Origin: a virus
Lineage: Duplodnaviria > Caudoviricetes
Strand: one strand, 5' to 3'
Virus record (IMG/VR): IMGVR_UViG_3300006121_000011
Span: 1-50,300 of that record
DNA length: 50,300 nt
Shown here: one piece after another, positions 44,414 through 50,300 of the stretch
Position numbering within the stretch: the stretch's first letter is position 1
How the letters are laid out: every line of letters starts with the position of its first letter
Program-made: the position numbers and the translations under genes
The notes under the pieces: model-generated
What the model was told of the DNA's origin: nothing
Database searches by the model: none
The model's input: only the letters and a program-made list of their open reading frames with translations

Positions 44414-46119
44414 TAGGGTATTACCGTAGGAGGTATGTTTTTAACATTTGTTGGAATTGGAACCATAAAAGGTTTTCCGTTGTCGGTAGACAATTTGCCA
44501 TTAGAATCTTCAAAAAGAAATTTTGTTCCCGGCAATAAAGATTTTGCTCTTATTTCATTTTTAATAGGCAATGGATGAACTTGACTGGTGGCTCTATCAA
44601 TATAACTTGAAATTGGATTTTGTTTATTAAATTCAATTTCTGCTTGAGATTGCGGCACTCCAGATTGAACTTTTTGCGTTATATATTCATGTTTATCAAC
44701 TTCTCTTTGCGCAGCTTCTGCTGTAGTTGCGTTAAGAAGTTGTCCACCCATGGGGGATAGTTCAACATTAGGATTTGATTTAGATGCCATGTTAATAGCC
44801 ATCATGCTTTCGCGAGAACCAAGCTGTTTAACCATATTAAAAGAAAGGGCGGTGGCTTGTTTGTTAAAATCTTCTGAACTTGCCACCTTTTCTGGATCGA
44901 ATACGTTTCCCTTAAAACCAAATATGGATGAAGCGGTATTAATTGCTTTTGCAGCATCAGCTCTTTCTTCGGCCAAAGTGCCCATGCCAACCCATCCACC
45001 ATTGGAAAGTTTATTCATAGAATTTTGAATAGCTTGGGTTTGTCCCAATGCTTGTTGGGCAGATTCGTATTTATCTTGTTCTTCTTTGCCCAATCCTTCT
45101 TTAAGAAATTTTTCAATTTGAGGAGAAAGGCCAGAAGGAAAAGTCGTATTGTCATTTGGCATTCCCGCACTAATTTGATTGGGTGTCGGCGGATTTGGAA
45201 TTGCTCCCCTAGAAAGAGGAGCCGTTAAAGCTGATGTGGGCATAGCTGGCGTAGCAAAGGTGTCCAAAGGGGTTCCAACGGGAACATTTTGTGGATTATT
45301 GGGTTGAGCAACAGTTTTAATTTGCGTTGGATTTTGAAAAGTTGGTCGGCCATTTTCATAAATAACGCCGCCGGGCGGTATTATTTTAGGAATTTCATGT
45401 TCTTTTTGAATAGCGGCGGGCAATTCAGCATAAGATTCAGCCATTTTTGTTAAATAACTTGGCGCAGTAATACCTATCAGTTGCGCAATACTTACTGCCC
45501 TCATTGCTGTTTCTGAATCACCGTTTTGAACAACGGAGGATAATTGATCCGGATTTCGCATAAGAGCTTGAGCAATTTGTGCATTAGTCATTTTTCCAGA
45601 AGATGGATAATTGTTAATTTGGGGATTTTCTGACACACGAGAGTTTCCCGGAGTTGAACTTGGAGATAATGAAGAAATGTTTTGTGATTTGTCTTGCGGA
45701 GCAGCAAATTGCGTGGTTTGCACGTTTTGTGCTGTTGCTTGTTGTGGAACCGAATTATTTTGCATTATGCCCGGAATGTTGGGCAATTGCATAGTTGGCA
45801 ACCCATAAGATGGATTAATCGCATTTTGCCTTTGCGCCTGAAACATTTGCTGCGCATTGCTTAATTGTTTGGAATAAATATCTTGCTGATATAATTGCTG
45901 TTGTGTTCTTGCTTGTGCATTTTCTTTGGCCGATTGCATGGCCTCAAGGCCACCTTGACCCAAAGCACCAAGAGTTGTCGATCCCGGTTTTGAACCCGCA
46001 GCCATTGTCGCCAATCCAAAATTCATAAGATTGCGATAAAAATCTGGTGATGAACCACTATTATCTTGTGTCGGTTGATAATTAGCATTTGAATCTGTAA
46101 CGTCAAACGGATCGGCCAT
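44413..46119 (-). CDS. DNA-ejection/internal virion protein
   Basis: FGLATMAAGS...LGALGQGG N-terminus, Q/N/P-rich; position. Confidence 0.7.
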   Translation of the reverse strand: MADPFDVTDSNANYQPTQDNSGSSPDFYRNLMNFGLATMAAGSKPGSTTLGALGQGGLEAMQSAKENAQARTQQQLYQQDIYSKQLSNAQQMFQAQRQNAINPSYGLPTMQLPNIPGIMQNNSVPQQATAQNVQTTQFAAPQDKSQNISSLSPSSTPGNSRVSENPQINNYPSSGKMTNAQIAQALMRNPDQLSSVVQNGDSETAMRAVSIAQLIGITAPSYLTKMAESYAELPAAIQKEHEIPKIIPPGGVIYENGRPTFQNPTQIKTVAQPNNPQNVPVGTPLDTFATPAMPTSALTAPLSRGAIPNPPTPNQISAGMPNDNTTFPSGLSPQIEKFLKEGLGKEEQDKYESAQQALGQTQAIQNSMNKLSNGGWVGMGTLAEERADAAKAINTASSIFGFKGNVFDPEKVASSEDFNKQATALSFNMVKQLGSRESMMAINMASKSNPNVELSPMGGQLLNATTAEAAQREVDKHEYITQKVQSGVPQSQAEIEFNKQNPISSYIDRATSQVHPLPIKNEIRAKSLLPGTKFLFEDSNGKLSTDNGKPFMVPIPTNVKNIPPTVIP

Positions 46120-46214
46120 TATTTCACCATTGAATAATTTATAAATTTGTAACCAAGTTCATTGGTAACAACAGCAGCCGGAATAATTTTTTCAACTTCG
46201 TCAGCCATGGCCAT
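46119..46214 (-). pseudogene. Out-of-frame relic of a peptidase S74 C-terminus (or coupling mini-ORF)
   Basis: MAMADEVEKIIPAAVVTNELGYKFINYSMVK matches the S74 tail pattern MAxEVE..P.AV...GY..VNY. Confidence 0.6.
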
Positions 46215-47292
46215 AAACACCACCGCCGCCCAAAAGAGAGCCAACGCCGCCAGCGAGAGAAGCAAAAGCACCAAGATTTTGTGCAGTAGCACTTGTGGGC
46301 GCAAGATTTTCTGTAGGAACTTGATATTGGTTATTAGCTGTTGAGGCAATTCGCAAATTAAGTTGTTGCGCGGGATAATTAACTTGATTAAGAAAGTTCT
46401 GATATGCAGATGTAAGTTGTGCTTGATTAAGAGCTTGTTGTTGCGTTCCCGCATTAAATACTGCATTAGCCCCAGCCAATCCTTGTTGTTGTTGGGCATT
46501 TGATATATTGCCAAATTGACTTCCCTGATTAAGATTAATACCCGCCGCTTGAGAACCAAGATTACTGTATGCTTGCGCGGGATTCAATTGCAATTGTTGT
46601 GCCTGCCCAGCTAAATTTCCGAATTGATTACCGGCTGACAATAAATTTTGATTTGCAGTATTAAATTGACCAAGCCCAGTTTGGTACGCTTGATTTAATC
46701 CCGTGGCCTCTAAATTATTAAGATTTTGACCAGCATAAAAATTATTTAATGCTTGTTCATTTCCATATTGGGCGTCCCCAAAAGCACCAGCCATGGTTGC
46801 ACTTGAATTTATTTTATTGGCGTCTTGTCCTTGTTGTAGTTGCAACGCTTGTATTTGTGGTTGCAAAGCGGCTTGCGCATAAGGAGACATATATTGTTGC
46901 GCAATTTGTGGATTCCATTGTTGCGTTGCGGCTCCAGTCAACATATTGGCCGCACCAAGTTGACCTTGTCCAGCATTGGTTGCGTTGGCTATTTGTTGTG
47001 TTGCGGCTTGCTGATAAGGTTGATACGTCGCGCCAGCATTACTTGTATAATTACTTGCTAAATTTAATGAAGGTTGACCGGCATTAGCGGCTTGCGTCGT
47101 CATGTCAAGACCTTGTTGCTGAAGGGGGGAAAATCCAGCTACAGTTTGACCTTGATAAGTTTGGTATGGTTGACTAGCAATAGATTGAGCAATGTTTTCA
47201 TTGGCTTGCACCATTCCCTGTTGCCAATCAGGAATCGCTTGTGTTTGAGTTACAGTATTACTGCCACCGCCGCTGTTGCCACCACCACACAT
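46201..47292 (-). CDS. DNA-ejection (pilot) protein
   Basis: MCGGG start, YQGQTVAGFSPLQQQG, YMSPY, AGAFG; Q/N/A/G-rich. Confidence 0.75.
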   Translation of the reverse strand: MCGGGNSGGGSNTVTQTQAIPDWQQGMVQANENIAQSIASQPYQTYQGQTVAGFSPLQQQGLDMTTQAANAGQPSLNLASNYTSNAGATYQPYQQAATQQIANATNAGQGQLGAANMLTGAATQQWNPQIAQQYMSPYAQAALQPQIQALQLQQGQDANKINSSATMAGAFGDAQYGNEQALNNFYAGQNLNNLEATGLNQAYQTGLGQFNTANQNLLSAGNQFGNLAGQAQQLQLNPAQAYSNLGSQAAGINLNQGSQFGNISNAQQQQGLAGANAVFNAGTQQQALNQAQLTSAYQNFLNQVNYPAQQLNLRIASTANNQYQVPTENLAPTSATAQNLGAFASLAGGVGSLLGGGGVYGHG

Positions 47293-47738
47293 TAAATAAT
47301 CTCCATTTTATAAATAGAACCAGCTTTTTCCAAACCAACTTTTTTACACAAAAAATCAAGCGCATTTGCATCTTTTAACGAAGAAGTCATAAGCATTATT
47401 TCTTTAACTTTTATTTGTTTTCCAGCCGATACAAAAGCCGACAAAAGTTTTGATCCAGATTTTCCTTTGCGATGTTCCGGCAAAACAAAAAAACCACAAT
47501 CTTGTAACATTAAATCATCGCCAAAAAAATAATCAGTTACCACGCCAAGAATTGCACCAACAATTTTTCCGTCTTTATCGTCTGCAAAACCTAAAAAATT
47601 TCCAGACATTAAATAAAAAAAATGTTTTTTTAATTTTTCTGGATTAAATTTTTTGTTTTTATAACGACCTTCGCCGTGCATAATTTCAGCTAAATGCACT
47701 AATTGCGATATATCGCTAGGCATAATTGTTCTAATCAT
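47292..47738 (-). CDS. GNAT-family acetyltransferase
   Basis: MIR...D start, FFVLPEHRKGKSGSKLL, KVGLEKAG; usual podovirus position. Confidence 0.85.
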   Translation of the reverse strand: MIRTIMPSDISQLVHLAEIMHGEGRYKNKKFNPEKLKKHFFYLMSGNFLGFADDKDGKIVGAILGVVTDYFFGDDLMLQDCGFFVLPEHRKGKSGSKLLSAFVSAGKQIKVKEIMLMTSSLKDANALDFLCKKVGLEKAGSIYKMEII

Positions 47739-48874
47739 TAACCAACTCCGGTTGTGCTTGCCGTTGGATAAAAGTTAAAAGCATTTGTGTTATTTGTGGC
47801 AGGATTGTAATTAGAGAAATTAGCTTGTGGGCCATTATAAGAAGTGGTTCCCAATTGTTGGGCAAAACTAGGCAATTGGCTGGCCGGTGTATATGGTTTA
47901 TTAAAATTTGTTTGGAAATTTTGATTTTGCAAAGTTCCGCTGGCTCCGGGGCCAAATAATTGTTGCCCGGCGTATGAACCCAAGGCACCGCCAGCACCTT
48001 GTGAAAGATTTTTGGTTGTTATGCTATCAAGAAAACTTGGACTTGATGTTTCGCCACCCGGCAAACTCATGCTTCCTAATTGAGGTTGCATTTTCAAACC
48101 ATTCGCCGTTGCCGCTGAAGTTGAATCTGCTGCTGCACCAGTTGTTGCGCCGCTATTACCTACCAAATTTCCAACTGTATTATTAGGACTACCTAAAACA
48201 GAACCAAGCCCCCAACTTCCCAAACCGGCTAATGCGCCACTTTCTAAAGCCTGCGTTGGTTTTTCTCCAGTGGCAACTCCACCTACGGCAGAACCAGCCG
48301 CAGCGCCTAATGGCCCACCAAAAACACCGCCAGCAGCACCCAATGCCATCGGCAGGAAACTTGACCAAAAATTATATTCATGTAACCCAGTTTGTGGATT
48401 TGTACTTGATTGTGGCGAACCTACTGTAAATTGTTCGGGAGAAACACCTTTTTTGGCGTATTCAGATTTTAACGTAGCTAAAACTTTAGGAGTCTGCAAT
48501 TCGGGGGGAACAGTTTTTTCTCCGGGGGTTAAATGTGCAATTGTTGTGTCACCCATGCGCCCAAGAGCAGATAATTCTTGCTCTGTAAATCTAATTTGTT
48601 GGGGCGTCATATGTTGAGGTTGTGCTGGTTGACCGGGCTGTTGTTGCCGTTGCGCCATTATTTGTTGCATGAGAGCCATTTGTTGCGGCGACATTTGGGC
48701 AGCACCTTGTGGCGGCATACCTTGCGGCGGCATACCCTGTGGTTGCATACCTTGCGGCGGCATGGGCGGTTGTGAAGCCGAATTAATTAAATTAGGTGGC
48801 GCAAACCCTTGCTGTTGCACTAATTGTTGAAACGCTTGCATATTTTGAGGTGTTTGTTGTGGCATTGGTTGCAT
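47738..48874 (-). CDS. Internal virion protein
   Basis: GRMGDTTIAHLTPGE and NPQTGLHEY motifs; Gly/Ala-rich hydrophobic segment; PPQGM repeats. Confidence 0.7.
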   Translation of the reverse strand: MQPMPQQTPQNMQAFQQLVQQQGFAPPNLINSASQPPMPPQGMQPQGMPPQGMPPQGAAQMSPQQMALMQQIMAQRQQQPGQPAQPQHMTPQQIRFTEQELSALGRMGDTTIAHLTPGEKTVPPELQTPKVLATLKSEYAKKGVSPEQFTVGSPQSSTNPQTGLHEYNFWSSFLPMALGAAGGVFGGPLGAAAGSAVGGVATGEKPTQALESGALAGLGSWGLGSVLGSPNNTVGNLVGNSGATTGAAADSTSAATANGLKMQPQLGSMSLPGGETSSPSFLDSITTKNLSQGAGGALGSYAGQQLFGPGASGTLQNQNFQTNFNKPYTPASQLPSFAQQLGTTSYNGPQANFSNYNPATNNTNAFNFYPTASTTGVG

Positions 48875-48880
48875 GGCGAC

Positions 48881-49177
48881 CTACTGTGTTGAAGAATTAG
48901 ATTTAAGAACACCCTTATTAATAAGGGCTTGTATTAAAGTACATAAAACTTGCGCTACATTGGTTGTGGTATCTGTTCCCGTAATAATTGTTGACGTGGT
49001 AAATGATGAGGGAATAAAATTAATACCGGCGGGTCTATCATTAATCCTTGATTGTGTTTGCAAATTTGATTTTAGACTGCAAGCCCAACGATACATAGCC
49101 AAATTGTAATTTTTCGGATCAGCAACATAATTGTTATCCATTGGATTTGGCGGCTCTGGAATACCGTACATTTTCAT
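48881..49177 (-). CDS. Small tail-associated protein
   Basis: TAATG coupling; VAQVLCTLIQAL C-terminus. Confidence 0.6.
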   Translation of the reverse strand: MKMYGIPEPPNPMDNNYVADPKNYNLAMYRWACSLKSNLQTQSRINDRPAGINFIPSSFTTSTIITGTDTTTNVAQVLCTLIQALINKGVLKSNSSTQ

Positions 49178-50298
49178 TAACGGCGTGCCCCCGCCACATT
49201 AACATCGGCTTGACAAAGACCAAGCCTGTAATCTCCGCCTAAAACATTACTTTCTATTTTGTATCCAACCAAAGTAGAACCTATTCTTGTGTCAATTAAA
49301 GGAGTGCTATCACTTGCTCCCAATGTATATGTTCCGGCCACTGTTTGTGGGTCTTCTGGGTATGATTGCGTTAAAATTGAAAGCGTACATGCACCAGTTT
49401 GACGTTCAAAATCCGGTAAGAACCCCATTATATCACAATGTCTATCGCCTTTCGATATAGAAGTTGGGCTAAATACAACATAACTATCTAATGGAGCGCC
49501 ATTTGCATCATTTCCGTATTCTTCTTGATAAACATTTCCATAGGCATCGGTTGATATAGGATGAGAAAAAAGTGTCGCGTCAACTTGACTTGTTCTTGTT
49601 TTTGTATCAATTGACCATATTTGTTGGTCAACATGATAGGTGACGGAATTGCTAATTTCAGTATTGCCAAATCCCGGATAATAAAAAGTAACTTCTTTTT
49701 TTGCAACATTTGTAACAGAAAAACATTTTGTTGCTTGACTATTTGTTAAATTGCCAAAAACATAGTCCCTAATGTCATCAGATGGCAATGGATTTACGGT
49801 TCCATTCCAAATCCAAAATTCATTTGGTCCCATCCAATATGCATTGCCGCCAAAAGTTGATATAGCTAATGGCGCTATAAGTCCGCTATTTCTTCCAGAA
49901 GCTGTTGAATCATAAATAAAACTATCACCGCTATAATTAAATGAATAACAACAATTATTTGTTAAAACTAAACTTGTTCCGTCTCTTACCGCAACACCGC
50001 CAACTAAGAAAGAGCCTATTTGCAATGTTCTGGCGTTAGAAGTATTGGTTGGCAACGGTGTCCAATTATTATAATTATTTTGATCTGGCCATGATATTTG
50101 TAAAGCACTTGATGAATTTCCTAATGCAAATACAAATCTTTCTGGAGTAACAAACATAGCCAAAACGCCACTAGATGGCGCATTATACATTGGATAAGCT
50201 CGCCCATTATTGGATGCATAAGTTGTTGGGTCCCATATGTATATTGTACCATTATATGGACTTGCTAAAAGTTGTTGTCCGTAATTGTCTAAACTCCA
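49177..50298 (-). CDS. Tail stabilisation / tubular protein B-like (5' truncated by window edge)
   Basis: Frame open to the edge (WSLDNYGQQLLA...); WPDQNN..W, AYWMG, LPDFE, YRLG, GARR. Confidence 0.8.
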   Translation of the reverse strand, partial: WSLDNYGQQLLASPYNGTIYIWDPTTYASNNGRAYPMYNAPSSGVLAMFVTPERFVFALGNSSSALQISWPDQNNYNNWTPLPTNTSNARTLQIGSFLVGGVAVRDGTSLVLTNNCCYSFNYSGDSFIYDSTASGRNSGLIAPLAISTFGGNAYWMGPNEFWIWNGTVNPLPSDDIRDYVFGNLTNSQATKCFSVTNVAKKEVTFYYPGFGNTEISNSVTYHVDQQIWSIDTKTRTSQVDATLFSHPISTDAYGNVYQEEYGNDANGAPLDSYVVFSPTSISKGDRHCDIMGFLPDFERQTGACTLSILTQSYPEDPQTVAGTYTLGASDSTPLIDTRIGSTLVGYKIESNVLGGDYRLGLCQADVNVAGARR

Positions 50299-50300
50299 TA

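Larger units (their letters stand above)
1..50300. mobile_element. Tailed bacteriophage genome (podovirus-like), near-complete, circularly permuted
   Basis: Terminase, portal, scaffold, capsid, adaptor, tail stabiliser, ejection proteins, lysis cassette and replication genes are all present; no cellular housekeeping genes; both edges fall inside minus-strand virion genes. Confidence 0.95.

Noticed and set aside
46215-46559. 146-aa ORF 46119..46559 as a full gene
   Set aside because: Mostly a shadow frame of the pilot gene; only the last ~31 codons look meaningful
48700-48765. 15-bp tandem repeats (PPQGM)
   Set aside because: Ordinary low-complexity linker in an internal virion protein
1-50300. 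Alternative genetic code, tRNA genes, introns or inteins
   Set aside because: Core genes are full-length in code 11; no cloverleaf with a T-loop seen; no splicing motifs noticed, though by-eye detection is limited

Overview
This window is most of a tailed-phage genome, probably a podovirus with short tail and DNA-ejection proteins. It is AT-rich, with no cellular genes. The host is likely an alphaproteobacterium (GcrA-like gene, Rz/Rz1 spanins). The genome appears circularly permuted: the minus-strand late operon (terS, terL, accessory fibre/esterase genes, portal, scaffold, N4-gp56-type capsid, methyltransferase-GT9 fusion, adaptor) runs off the left edge, and tail stabiliser, ejection proteins, fibre and lysis genes enter from the right edge. 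The plus strand (18.0-36.0 kb) carries early and replication genes: Toprim primase-helicase, RusA, AAA ATPase, SSB, Cas4-like exonuclease, SF2 helicase and a GcrA-like regulator. I saw no integrase, DNA polymerase, reverse transcriptase, tRNA or CRISPR array. The main points of interest are: (1) a DUF6745-like protein with 81 indel-free 12-bp units plus a His-motif partner gene; (2) at least two compact structured RNA candidates (37923-38086 with possible pseudoknots, 29056-29152 with GNRA/UNCG tetraloops) and a weaker third (36071-36272); (3) a stand-alone copy of the primase C-terminal domain next to the likely origin; (4) carbohydrate-modifying enzymes inside the virion module; (5) an out-of-frame peptidase-S74 relic; (6) a family of 16-bp-spacer promoters. 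All family calls come from motif recognition by eye; no database search or folding program was run.
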